In this document: positions 29,995-39,982 of the stretch, piece after piece
Numbering within the stretch: the first letter of the stretch is position 1
Layout: each line of letters begins with the position of its first letter
Source of the DNA: an uncultured archaeon
GTDB lineage: Archaea; Asgardarchaeota; Lokiarchaeia; Sigyniarchaeales; SOKP01
Length of the DNA stretch: 55,778 nucleotides
Direction: 5' to 3'
Assembly: GCA_964388035.1 (NCBI GenBank)
Contig: CAYLZE010000023.1
Location: 1-55,778, forward strand
Program-made: the position numbers and the translations under genes
Notes under the pieces: model-generated
Told to the model about the DNA's origin: nothing
The model's database searches: none
The model's input: only the letters and a program-made list of their open reading frames with translations

Positions 29995-30645
29995 ATGTAC
30001 AAGATTAAGATGAATGGCGAGAATTCTCATTATTTTTCAAGGAGTCCCGATGGGGATATCAAAATACATACCGTATCTGCCAGTTTAAAGAGGCACCTTT
30101 ACATTTTCAAGACGCTTCCCGGAGTCTTTTCATATAAGAAAATTGATTTAGGAACAGAGGTCATGATTAAGCACATGTATATCCCTACTGAAGAAAGTTT
30201 TTTATTAGATTTGGGATGCGGCTATGGTCCAATTGGTATCGTGGTGGGCCATGAGTCTCCTAAAAGCATTATTTACATGATTGATATTAACAAGCGTGCC
30301 ATCTGGTGTGCAAAGGAAAACGTGAAGCTAAATTTACCGATTAGTGAAAAGAGGGTGAATGTTTTAGAAGGAAATTACTTCGAGCCAATAAAAGAAAAAA
30401 ACCAAAAATTTGATGGAATTTATATGAATCCCCCCCAGAGAAAGGGGAGAAAAGAATTTTTAAATCTATGTAATATTATACCAGATTATTTAAAAGAGAA
30501 GGGATGGTTCCAATTTGTAGTCCGGAAAAAAATGGGAGCCCCTTTCATTTATCAGTATTTAACATCGCATTTCAAGAATGCTCGAGTTGAAATCATTTGC
30601 AAGCGTAGCGGTTATTGGCTATTTAATTGTATTTTTAATTTGTAA
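29995..30645 (+). CDS. RsmC-like class I SAM methyltransferase
   Basis: SHYFS, PGVFS..IDLGT, LDLGCGYGPIG, NPP. Confidence 0.9.
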   Translation: MYKIKMNGENSHYFSRSPDGDIKIHTVSASLKRHLYIFKTLPGVFSYKKIDLGTEVMIKHMYIPTEESFLLDLGCGYGPIGIVVGHESPKSIIYMIDINKRAIWCAKENVKLNLPISEKRVNVLEGNYFEPIKEKNQKFDGIYMNPPQRKGRKEFLNLCNIIPDYLKEKGWFQFVVRKKMGAPFIYQYLTSHFKNARVEIICKRSGYWLFNCIFNL

Positions 30646-30748
30646 GTTCACCTTTCCTAATTATTCCTAAATATTAATTATAATAAGAAAATTTTTTTAC
30701 GAGGAATACTTATAATCGATTAACTCACGAGAAGAGAGGATTTATTTT

Positions 30749-31006
30749 TTGGGAAAAAAGAAAAAGATTGACGTTCTTCGTCATATACTCGTCCCTCAAC
30801 ACGTACTTTTAACGAAAGAAGAGACGGAAGAACTTTTAGAGAAATACAAGATACGCCTTAATGATTTGCCCCAAATATATGAGAAGGACCCAGTATCCAT
30901 TGCTATCGGGGCAAAGGAGGGAGACGTGGTCAAAATCGTTAGAGAATCAGGGACAACCGTGTCGAAAATAGAATATTTCCGTTATGTTAAAAGAGAACGA
31001 TCTTAA
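30749..31006 (+). CDS. rpoH: RNA polymerase subunit Rpo5 (H)
   Basis: HILVPQH, LPQIYEKDP, GDVVKIVRES. Confidence 0.96.
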   Translation: MGKKKKIDVLRHILVPQHVLLTKEETEELLEKYKIRLNDLPQIYEKDPVSIAIGAKEGDVVKIVRESGTTVSKIEYFRYVKRERS

Positions 31007-31212
31007 CCAAGATCATGGATCGTTTTGTATTCAAATGAAGTCTTAATGAATGAATAAATCCATTATTCTTTCCTCAATGCATTTTTACGCGTTTGGGAAG
31101 GGATTCAGTGAGGTATTTGCGTGTACAAAAAAGAAAAAATATTTTAGAAATGTCGAATTATTTAATTATATTGAGACTACTTCTATAGAATTTATAACAT
31201 TTAATTTAAACC

Positions 31213-34200
31213 ATGACATTAACTAATTCTGATAAATGGAGCATTTTAAGGCGCATGTTTGATGAGCTGGGCCTTGTAAGGCAACATCTTGATAGTTACA
31301 ACAATTTTATTGAACATGAGATGCAAGACATTGTAGCAGAATCAGGAGAAGTCGTTCCGGACATTCCGGGATTTAAAATTAAATTTGGAAAGATCAAGGT
31401 CGGAACCCCTAAAGTGAGGGAAGCCGACGGAGCTACCATGGAAATTACACCCATCGAGGCTCGTATTCGGGAATTGAGTTATGCAGCAGACATCACTTTA
31501 GAAATGACTCCCGTGGTTATTGATGAGAGGACTCAAAGAGAAGAAAATGAAGAAACCTTGGAAATATACATTGGAAAAATTCCCATCATGTTGAAGAGCA
31601 AGAGATGTCCTCTTGAAAATCTTTCCGAACAAGAATTAATTAATCGAGGAGAAGATCCCCTAGATCCTGGCGGATATTTCATAATAAACGGTACTGAGCG
31701 AGTGTTAGTTACCCAAGAAGATTTGGCACCCAACAGAATTTTGGCGGAAGAAGCCAGCAGGAGTTCCAGTGCCACTCATCAAGCAAAAGTGTTTTCTACG
31801 AGAAGCGGGTTTAGAGCTCCGGTTACCATTGAAAGGAAAAAGGATGGAAACTTGCGCGTTTCTTTTCCTTCGGTTCCTGGCAAGATCCCCTTAGCAATTC
31901 TCATGCGAGCGTTAGGACTGCATTCTGACAGGGAAATTTTTGAAGCAATTTCTGAAAATGAAGAAATTCAGAGAGAATTAATCCCAGTCGTGGATGTTGC
32001 TTCTGAAATTCAAGTCTTAAAGGATCCCGAAAAGTCCCAGCAAAATGCGCTGGATTATATTGGAAAAAGGGTTGCGATTGGGCAAACGAAGGATTATCGT
32101 ATCAGAAGGGCACTCCAGGTTTTGGACAGGTATCTATTACCCCATATCGGAAATGCTGAAGAAGATCGCATTAAAAAAGCATATTATTTGGGGCAAATGG
32201 CCCAGAAAGTCATGGAACTTGCCTTAGGGTTTAGGGAACCCGATGATAAAGATCATTACGCGAATAAGCGATTAAAGTTAGCCGGAGAGTTATTCACTTC
32301 TTTATTTCGAGTAGCATTTTTAAATCTAGTAAAAGATATTAAATATCAATTAGAAAGAACGGCGGTGCGGGGTAGAGCACCCAATATTAAAACGGCAGTT
32401 CGTGCGGATGTTATTACGGAAAGGATTCGACATGCCTTAGCCACGGGGAACTGGGTTGGTGGTAAGGCAGGAGTGAGCCAGTTGCTTAACAGGACGAATC
32501 ATATCGGCACGCTAAGTCATTTAAGAAGGGTTATATCCCCTTTAAGCCGCAGTCAACCCCATTTTGAAGCCCGTGATTTACATCCTACTCAGTGGGGAAA
32601 GATATGTCCTGCAGAAACTCCCGAAGGACCAAATTGTGGTCTCGTAAAGAATCTGGGTCTTGCTTCCATTATTTCGGTGGGAACCGATGAGAAAATAATT
32701 GAAAATATATTGGTTGATCTGGGGGTCATCCCGATCAATGAAGTAAAAAATGTCAAGGGAGAGAAAGTCAAGGTCTTCTTGAATGGTAAATTAGTGGGCA
32801 TTCATCAACAACACAATCAATTCATTCGTCAACTCAGAGAGAAAAGAAAAAAGGGAGAAATCGGTCAGTTTGTTAACATAGGCTTTTATAATGATTCAAA
32901 TGAAATTCAAATTAATTGTGATGAAGGAAGGGCAACCCGGCCTTTATTTATTTTAAAAAATAAGGAATTGTTAATTACTCGAGAAGATATCGATAAATTA
33001 AAACAGGGAAAATATATCTGGTCCGATTTGATCCGAAAAGGGATTATTGAATACTTGGATGCAGAAGAGGAGGAGAATGCTTTGATTGCAATGTTTGAAG
33101 AAGACATCACTGCCGAACACTCGCATTTAGAAATATCTCCCGCCGCAATATTAGGAATATGTGCTTCCATCATCCCCTTTCCGGAACACAACCAATCACC
33201 CAGAAACACGTATGAAGCAGGAATGGTAAAGCAGGCGTTAGGATTATTTGCAGCTAACATGCATCTTAGATTGGACACCAGAGGACATACCCTACATTAT
33301 CCGCAACAACCCTTAGTGAATACCAGTCCCATGGATATCATAGGAATTAATCAGCGTCCTGCCGGTCAGAATTTTATCATTGCGATGATGAGTTTTGAGG
33401 GTTTTAATATTGAAGATGCTATTATCATTAATAAAGCTTCAATTGAAAGAGGATTAGCACGATCTCATTTTTTCAGGACCTATGATGCGGAAGAAAGGAA
33501 ATATCCCGGCGGAGAAGTAGATAAATTTGAGATTCCTGAAAGAGGCGTGCGGGGATTTAAGTCTGCCGAATCTTACCGATTATTATCTGAGGAGGATGGA
33601 ATAATCGAACCAGAAACTAAGGTGGATGGAGGAGACGTTTTAATTGGAAGGACTTCCCCCCCGAGATTCATAAAATCATATGAAGAATTCGAATTAATGC
33701 AGCCGAATCGTCGAGAAACCTCGAAAAACATGCGTCATAATGAGAAGGGGATTGTTGACACTGTCATTATATCTGAAACAGTAGATGGAAATAAGTTAGT
33801 AAAGATAAAAGTCAGAGATTTGAGAATTCCGGAATTAGGAGATAAATTTTCCTCCCGGCACGGACAAAAAGGAGTGTTGGGCTTGGTTCAAGCGGAAATT
33901 GACATGCCCTTTACTTCTTCGGGTGTAATTCCAGATATCATCGTTAATCCTCATGCTATGCCTTCTCGGATGACCTTAGGTCAACTATTTGAAGGAATCA
34001 GCGGTAAAATTGCTTGTGCTGAAGGGAAGCTGGGAAATGCGACGGCCTTTGAATGGAAGGATATAACTAAATTACAAGAAGAATTGCTTGCCGCGGGTTT
34101 TGAATTTAACGGCAGAGAAGTCATGTATAATGGAATCACGGGGGAAAAATATGAGGTAGGAATTTATTGTGCCCCCATCTATTATCAAAAATTATATCAT

Positions 34201-34575
34201 CTTGTCGCAGATAAAGTTCATGCTCGCGCCCGAGGTCCCGTGCAAATTCTCACGAGACAACCCACGGAAGGGCGTGCGAGAGAGGGAGGATTAAGATTCG
34301 GGGAAATGGAACGTGATTGCTTGGTGGGCCATGGGTCGGCCTTATTACTAAAAGAAAGATTGCTTGATGAATCCGATAGCTCTGTCATTTTAGTTTGCGA
34401 AAAGTGTGGATTATTAGCCGTTTATGACCGCAATAGAGATAAGAGATATTGCCCGGTGTGCGGTGAAGGTACCGTCATCTCAAAAGTAGTATGTTCGTAT
34501 GCTTTTAAATTACTCTTGCAAGAGATGATGAGCTTAGGGCTGGCACCGAGATTACAATTAAAAGAAGTTATTTAA
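31213..34575 (+). CDS. rpoB: RNA polymerase subunit Rpo2 (B), unsplit
   Basis: GGYFIING.ER, ETPEGPNCGLVK, GDKFSSRHGQKG, RQPTEGRAREGGLRFGEMERD. Confidence 0.99.
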   Translation: MTLTNSDKWSILRRMFDELGLVRQHLDSYNNFIEHEMQDIVAESGEVVPDIPGFKIKFGKIKVGTPKVREADGATMEITPIEARIRELSYAADITLEMTPVVIDERTQREENEETLEIYIGKIPIMLKSKRCPLENLSEQELINRGEDPLDPGGYFIINGTERVLVTQEDLAPNRILAEEASRSSSATHQAKVFSTRSGFRAPVTIERKKDGNLRVSFPSVPGKIPLAILMRALGLHSDREIFEAISENEEIQRELIPVVDVASEIQVLKDPEKSQQNALDYIGKRVAIGQTKDYRIRRALQVLDRYLLPHIGNAEEDRIKKAYYLGQMAQKVMELALGFREPDDKDHYANKRLKLAGELFTSLFRVAFLNLVKDIKYQLERTAVRGRAPNIKTAVRADVITERIRHALATGNWVGGKAGVSQLLNRTNHIGTLSHLRRVISPLSRSQPHFEARDLHPTQWGKICPAETPEGPNCGLVKNLGLASIISVGTDEKIIENILVDLGVIPINEVKNVKGEKVKVFLNGKLVGIHQQHNQFIRQLREKRKKGEIGQFVNIGFYNDSNEIQINCDEGRATRPLFILKNKELLITREDIDKLKQGKYIWSDLIRKGIIEYLDAEEEENALIAMFEEDITAEHSHLEISPAAILGICASIIPFPEHNQSPRNTYEAGMVKQALGLFAANMHLRLDTRGHTLHYPQQPLVNTSPMDIIGINQRPAGQNFIIAMMSFEGFNIEDAIIINKASIERGLARSHFFRTYDAEERKYPGGEVDKFEIPERGVRGFKSAESYRLLSEEDGIIEPETKVDGGDVLIGRTSPPRFIKSYEEFELMQPNRRETSKNMRHNEKGIVDTVIISETVDGNKLVKIKVRDLRIPELGDKFSSRHGQKGVLGLVQAEIDMPFTSSGVIPDIIVNPHAMPSRMTLGQLFEGISGKIACAEGKLGNATAFEWKDITKLQEELLAAGFEFNGREVMYNGITGEKYEVGIYCAPIYYQKLYHLVADKVHARARGPVQILTRQPTEGRAREGGLRFGEMERDCLVGHGSALLLKERLLDESDSSVILVCEKCGLLAVYDRNRDKRYCPVCGEGTVISKVVCSYAFKLLLQEMMSLGLAPRLQLKEVI

Positions 34576-34786
34576 TTATATTAGTCACTTTTTTATTCTC
34601 GTTTTTTTGTTTTTTACTTTATTTTTCTGTTTTTTATGCGAGTATTAACTGTTTTAAGGATGGTTGAAGTAATTTAAAAGAGGATTAATTGACTACTTAC
34701 TATTTGCTACTAAATGTATTTTTATAGTCTTTACGTAAAATTTAAAACTTAAAAAATAAATAAAAAAAAGATTTTTAGATATAAAA

Positions 34787-35227
34787 TTATAATCCGAATC
34801 CTAATACGGCATAAGTTTCCGGTACGATCGAGAAAAGTATGTACATTATAAAAAGCAGAAGCAGTGATATCCAAGTGGCATGATCCCATGGTATGTCTAT
34901 GAGGTATTTTGTGAAAACCAAAAGGATGAGAAAGCCTAAGATAGGAACTAAACGCACCACGTAATTAGCTCCTCCCCCATCAATTAAGTTCCGGATTCCA
35001 GCAAAAAGATCTCCGATTGCTCCTAAAATCAGACCTAACACGCCTAAAATAATCGGTAAGAGCAAGACGGTTATTACCGCTAAAAGAAAAATCATCAATC
35101 TTTTATCGTGTGCTTTGGCTTTGGACTCTAATACGATAACAATGGCATAAATTATCAAGGTTAGTATAATAATAGCAATAATTATCGCCAATATCGTGAG
35201 TAGAGTTGAGCCCAACTGAAATAACAT
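34787..35227 (-). CDS. membrane protein (about 4 TM)
   Basis: Long hydrophobic segments. Confidence 0.75.
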   Translation of the reverse strand: MLFQLGSTLLTILAIIIAIIILTLIIYAIVIVLESKAKAHDKRLMIFLLAVITVLLLPIILGVLGLILGAIGDLFAGIRNLIDGGGANYVVRLVPILGFLILLVFTKYLIDIPWDHATWISLLLLFIMYILFSIVPETYAVLGFGL

Positions 35228-35400
35228 TTGAATTCCTCTTTTTTATTAAGAATGGTGTGTATTAATTATGAAGTATTTTATAAAAATTATATCCTATGAT
35301 ATATAAACCTTTTTTATTTGAGAAAAGGGAGTAAAACTTGCGATAAATCTATTTTCTGAGGCACTGTTACTGGAGAATTTCGCTTTCTTACTCTATAAAA

Positions 35401-35676
35401 TTAAAGTCCAAAATTTAGAAATAAGAAATACAAAAATAATCCTAAAAAGAAGGATCCGAAGGTGATGGTAATAATGGATAACCGAATGGAGGTTTCCCGG
35501 TTATATCTCGTGTATAATACCAAGACCAAAAAGAATGTCAATCCCAAAACCAAAAATATCCAGCCAAGAACCCATAATGCGATGGAGGGAAGGTCTGCTA
35601 GATTTTTAAATTTAGCTTCTTCTTGTGAAAGGTAGATGACCGAAAAAATCGTCCATGTAGGGTTCCAAGCAATCAT
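35401..35676 (-). CDS. small membrane protein
   Basis: Two to three hydrophobic segments. Confidence 0.65.
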   Translation of the reverse strand: MIAWNPTWTIFSVIYLSQEEAKFKNLADLPSIALWVLGWIFLVLGLTFFLVLVLYTRYNRETSIRLSIITITFGSFFLGLFLYFLFLNFGL

Positions 35677-35794
35677 GGTTCTGTAAATAAATAATTAATG
35701 ACCTATTTTTAACTTTTTCAATAAAAATATTAGTTATGATCACTTACTAAATGTATAAAAAGTAAAGAACAGCGATTAAAAAGGAGAAATAACC

Positions 35795-36571
35795 ATGCAC
35801 TTTTTAGAGCAAGTGGTAAATACACCACAATTAAAAGATCCAGCGGAAAAGCACATGGACGTTCATCGTCACTTCACTAAATATTCTCGTGGGGTATTTT
35901 CGGGTCCTGCCTTAAAGATCGCGAAAACCAGTTCAAAAATCACATTAAAAGGTAGTCGAGACTATGAAGATTTGATACAAGAAATCGTGATTCAAGCTCT
36001 TCCTGAAAGTAACATTAGTGTAAAGGGGGTTTTAATCACTACAGAAGATATCTCCGATAGAATAGCGGACTTAGGGTTGACTTGGGGGCTCAAAGCATCA
36101 ACAGGTCAAACCAAGAATTTTAAGGCAGATTTCTCGGAGGAAGTAAGTAGAGAAAAATTATTAAAAATAATAGAAGCTTTCAGAACCTATGCATATTTAC
36201 TAATAAATTTTAAAAATGATGCTAACTATAAGGTTTCCACGAAAATAAGACTCCCGCAACCCTCTAAAAAACAACCCATGGAGGAAGATATTAACTCGAT
36301 GGTAAATTTTTGTACCGGGGTTTTAAAAACTAACAAGGATAATGTTAATAGAGTGATTAAATCCGCTCTTTTTGATTTTCAAGGTGAAATTCCTGAAGAA
36401 TGGAAGCAAATTTCCCTCATGAATAATTATAAAATATCAGACCTTGAAGTTCCGAAAAACTTGAAAGATTCGAAGTTATTACGAAGCCTGGCAATAAGAA
36501 AAGGGGAATTAGAGCGCATCATAAGCGTGGATGGTAAAGATTTTAAAAAGCAATACTCTATTGTTGTATGA
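35795..36571 (+). CDS. hypothetical protein
   Basis: 258-aa ORF with AGGAG SD; VHRHFTKYSRGVFSGP motif; family not recognised. Confidence 0.75.
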   Translation: MHFLEQVVNTPQLKDPAEKHMDVHRHFTKYSRGVFSGPALKIAKTSSKITLKGSRDYEDLIQEIVIQALPESNISVKGVLITTEDISDRIADLGLTWGLKASTGQTKNFKADFSEEVSREKLLKIIEAFRTYAYLLINFKNDANYKVSTKIRLPQPSKKQPMEEDINSMVNFCTGVLKTNKDNVNRVIKSALFDFQGEIPEEWKQISLMNNYKISDLEVPKNLKDSKLLRSLAIRKGELERIISVDGKDFKKQYSIVV

Positions 36572-36779
36572 TTAAACCCGAGTATAGGGTTATTATTACG
36601 CCTCGAACCAAGGAATCTATAATTTTACCTTCTTTTTAAAAGTATAGGTAAACGAGAACCAATATTTAAAAAGGTAAAATGATCAATTAAGAGAACGCCT
36701 TATAATACTCGCGAGTCCTTGAATAAAAAGAAAACTTAATTTTTGTTCCTATCTTATATAACTTAATTAAAAAGCTAAA

Positions 36780-37406
36780 ATGGAAGTAAGAATGGAAGAA
36801 TTAAATAAATACTTGGAATCTTTTCTTTTCATTATAGGAGGAGATATTGCCATAGAAGTCGGGAAAGAACTGATTCTTTCAGCGAACGAAAACATCACCG
36901 ACGAGGAAATTACGGAGAATATCAAGGAGCGGATAAAAAAAAGCGGTAAAAAAGTCGATTTCGAGCCAGATGATGAAGAAATCTTGAAATTGAATACCGT
37001 TCGAAAAACTTTATATAAATTATATGGAGAAAAACTTGCACAATTCCGAAGAATTCGTGATAAATCCACGGGAAAGTTTTTGCGTTTAGCATGAACTCTG
37101 GAATGGTTTATATATTTCTGGTGGCACGAATTCGATCGAATTGAAGAATTATTATTAGAAAAGAAGAAGTTAGTCCAAAGAAAATTGAGGGATAAGCTGA
37201 GATTCGAGGAAAATAATTATTTCTTCGTGTGCGAGAGTTGCCAGGATAAAACAGTCAAATATAATTTTGATGAGGCGTATGAACTCAATTTTAGATGTCC
37301 CAAATGTGGAAATGCCCTTAAAGCTCAGGACAATCAGGCAATCATCGAGTTACTAAAGAAAAGAATAATCATCTCAGAGCAATTTAAAATTACTTCGGAT
37401 ACGTAG
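36780..37406 (+). CDS. tfe: transcription factor E alpha (TFE), interrupted by a 30-nt BHB-type intron; 198 aa if spliced
   Basis: ORF-track pieces 36780-37094 and 37185-37406 share one frame; TDEE..LNTVRKTLYKLY wHTH, RDKSTG|WFIYFW after removing 37074-37103, FVCESC..FRCPKCG zinc ribbon. Confidence 0.92.
37074..37103 (+). other. putative archaeal (BHB) intron in tfe mRNA
   Basis: 30 nt, contains in-frame TGA (37092-37094), hairpin AGTTTTTGC/GCATGAACT, 3-nt bulges GA|A and AA|T flanking ACGG/CTGG. Confidence 0.8.
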
Positions 37407-37410
37407 TTAA

Positions 37411-37929
37411 TCATTTTTTTTTCTTTATGAAAGCAATATCGCCTAAATTGCTTCCTGTTGATTTCTTTAAGTATCCCTCGTAATCAACCGGAGTTTCCTT
37501 TACTTCATTTACGATTTTAATCCCTAGAAATTTTTCTATTTTTCGAGCTAAAGGTATTGGGGGTTTAATCTTTCCCGCTTCAATACGACGAATAAGAGAA
37601 CCCCTTTCATGAATCTTTTGGGCAAATTTTTCTTGAGTGAGATTCTTCCGCATGCGAGCTTGATGTATTTTTATTGCGTAATCTTCTGCGATTTCCGTGG
37701 AAGGTTCTTCAATTTCCTTATCATACACACGGGATTTCGTTTTATTAACAGGGGTTGATGTTGAGGGTTTTCTTGTAGAGGGAGTTTGAGGATTTTCGAC
37801 GATCCTTTTCCCGTATTGAGCACAATTTGGACATACTATCATTTTAGCTCCCTCTATTATTACGGTTTGCCCTTTTCCCCATATGATCGAACCACATAAT
37901 TCACATTCGGTGGAACGAAGTTTCGACAT
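37411..37929 (-). CDS. archaeal multiprotein bridging factor aMBF1
   Basis: CELCG..IEGAKMIVCPNC Zn ribbon plus Cro-type HTH (LTQEKFAQKIHERGSLIRRIEAG), LGDIA tail. Confidence 0.93.
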   Translation of the reverse strand: MSKLRSTECELCGSIIWGKGQTVIIEGAKMIVCPNCAQYGKRIVENPQTPSTRKPSTSTPVNKTKSRVYDKEIEEPSTEIAEDYAIKIHQARMRKNLTQEKFAQKIHERGSLIRRIEAGKIKPPIPLARKIEKFLGIKIVNEVKETPVDYEGYLKKSTGSNLGDIAFIKKKK

Positions 37930-38148
37930 TAGAATGTATAACCTCCTTTATAATTAATTTAACTTATATATAATAAATAAAGAAGAAAACGGTAAAATTT
38001 TCTATGGTTTCACCCGATCTTATGTTATAAAATATAAAGTATAAATTTTTTTTTTGTTTCTCTCTTTTTGTTATTATAAATGTGGTAGTTTATTCACATT
38101 TATATTACTGTTAATTTATTATATTATTAATTAGAAAAAAAAAAATTT

Positions 38149-39360
38149 ATGACGACTACTAAAGATAAGAAGAAGAAAGAAGAAAGTACCAAAGATGGCG
38201 AATATTTGATCACTTATACCCGTCATCTTGAAAAACGGCTAAGGAATTTGGAGACCGAGAAACAACTATTAGATGCAGAGAGATTAAGATTAGAACAGGA
38301 ATTACACAGTTTAAGGAATGAGATTGATAGATTAAGAGAGCCTCCCTTGGTTTCAGCTACAGTGGTGGATCTTTTGGATGAAAATGGAAGAGCCATCGTA
38401 AAAAGTTCCACCGGTCCAAGCTTTGTAGTTAACACCAGCAGGAAAGTGAGAAATGAAAAGCTCGATCCTGGAATGAGAGTTGCATTGAATCAAAGAACCT
38501 TTGCTATCATGGAAGTATTGCCCACTAAATTGGATCCTCTCGTAAAAGGCATGGAACTGATAGATTCCGTACCGGATGTTTCATATAGTGATGTGGGAGG
38601 TTTACAAGATCAATTGCAAGAAGTAAGAGAAACCGTGGAGTTACCCTTGCGCAAACCAGAATTGTTTAAAAATATTGGTATTGAACCTCCAAAGGGGGTG
38701 TTATTATATGGTCCTCCAGGAACTGGGAAGACATTAGTAGCTAAAGCGGTCGCTCATGAAACGGAAGCAACTTTTGTTAGAATAATAGGTTCGGAATTAG
38801 TGCAAAAATTCATTGGAGAAGGAGCTCGATTAGTGAGAGAAATATTTAGTTTAGCAAAGCAAAAAGCTCCTACCATTTTATTTATTGATGAATTAGATGC
38901 TATTGGCTCCCAAAGGTTAAAAATTGCTACTTCAGGAGATAGAGAAGTTCAACGTACCCTCATGCAATTACTCAGTGAGTTAGATGGATTTGAGCAGAGA
39001 GGGGATGTGAAAATTGTTGGAGCAACAAATCGTATTGACATCTTGGATCCCGCATTATTAAGGCCCGGCAGATTCGACCGTATCATTGAATTTCCAATGC
39101 CCGAAGAAGCAGGACGAGAAGCAATTTTCAAAATTCATTCCCGAAATCTTAGAATTGATGAAAATCTTAACTTTAAAAAATTAGTTACCTTAACAGAAGG
39201 AGCAACGGGAGCGGATATTAAAGCAATTTGCACGGAAGCGGGGATGTTTGCCATTAGAAAAGAAGCAGAAAAAATAATTTTCGAAGATTTTATTGATGCG
39301 GTAAATAAAGTAATGAAAAAATCCAGAGAACAAGCTTCGGATTCTAAGCTTTACTCTTAG
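38149..39360 (+). CDS. pan: proteasome-activating nucleotidase
   Basis: Coiled-coil, [27 protein letters not shown]-terminal HbYX motif LYS. Confidence 0.97.
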   Translation: MTTTKDKKKKEESTKDGEYLITYTRHLEKRLRNLETEKQLLDAERLRLEQELHSLRNEIDRLREPPLVSATVVDLLDENGRAIVKSSTGPSFVVNTSRKVRNEKLDPGMRVALNQRTFAIMEVLPTKLDPLVKGMELIDSVPDVSYSDVGGLQDQLQEVRETVELPLRKPELFKNIGIEPPKGVLLYGPPGTGKTLVAKAVAHETEATFVRIIGSELVQKFIGEGARLVREIFSLAKQKAPTILFIDELDAIGSQRLKIATSGDREVQRTLMQLLSELDGFEQRGDVKIVGATNRIDILDPALLRPGRFDRIIEFPMPEEAGREAIFKIHSRNLRIDENLNFKKLVTLTEGATGADIKAICTEAGMFAIRKEAEKIIFEDFIDAVNKVMKKSREQASDSKLYS

Positions 39361-39415
39361 AATCTTTCTTACTTTAATTTTTTACCTTTCTATTTTTTGA
39401 TTAGATTTTAAATCG

Positions 39416-39916
39416 ATGGAAGAGATTAAAATGGATCCTAATATCATCCTTGATCTACGCAAGTTAAAGGCTATTGCTGATTACCAATTTGGTCCTTCCA
39501 TCACGGATATTTTATTTAATAATCTAAACCGAATTGAACTGCGGAAATCAAAGAATACCGGCAAGATCCGATATATCTATGAGGAGGACAAATTATTATT
39601 AAATTTAAGACCAAATAATGGTCTTTTTACCCTAAGTTTTTTGTCCGCAGAAAAAATTATTAAGAACACCAAATCTCCCAGATTGAGGGTCGTGGTATTA
39701 AGTGAGATATCGGAATACATTCGGAATGGGAGAAACGTGTTTTGCAAGCATGTCGTAAATCTAGATGGAATGCTGCGCCCACTTGATGAGATCATTGTTG
39801 TAAATCAAGAGGATGAGTTGCTAGCCCTTGGCAGATTAAAACTCCCTCCTAGTCATGTAATTTCTTTTAATCAAGGGATCGCAATAAATGTAAGGAAGGG
39901 ATTAAATTCAAATTAA
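39416..39916 (+). CDS. PUA-domain RNA-binding protein (ArcTGT C-terminal-like)
   Basis: IADYQFG, SKNTGKIRYI, GRNVFCKHV, RPLDEIIVV. Confidence 0.85.
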   Translation: MEEIKMDPNIILDLRKLKAIADYQFGPSITDILFNNLNRIELRKSKNTGKIRYIYEEDKLLLNLRPNNGLFTLSFLSAEKIIKNTKSPRLRVVVLSEISEYIRNGRNVFCKHVVNLDGMLRPLDEIIVVNQEDELLALGRLKLPPSHVISFNQGIAINVRKGLNSN

Positions 39917-39982
39917 AACTTATAAAGTTAAAAAGTTAAAAAGTTTTCATGCATTTAATTAATCCATGAGTATAGAAAAAAG

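Noticed and set aside
37092-37094. In-frame TGA in tfe as selenocysteine or readthrough
   Set aside because: Readthrough would leave 10 foreign residues inside the conserved TG-W motif at a non-Cys position; precise BHB excision explains both the stop and the insert.
36780-37406. tfe as pseudogene or two separate genes
   Set aside because: Both halves and the linker are intact and in one frame with no other lesions.
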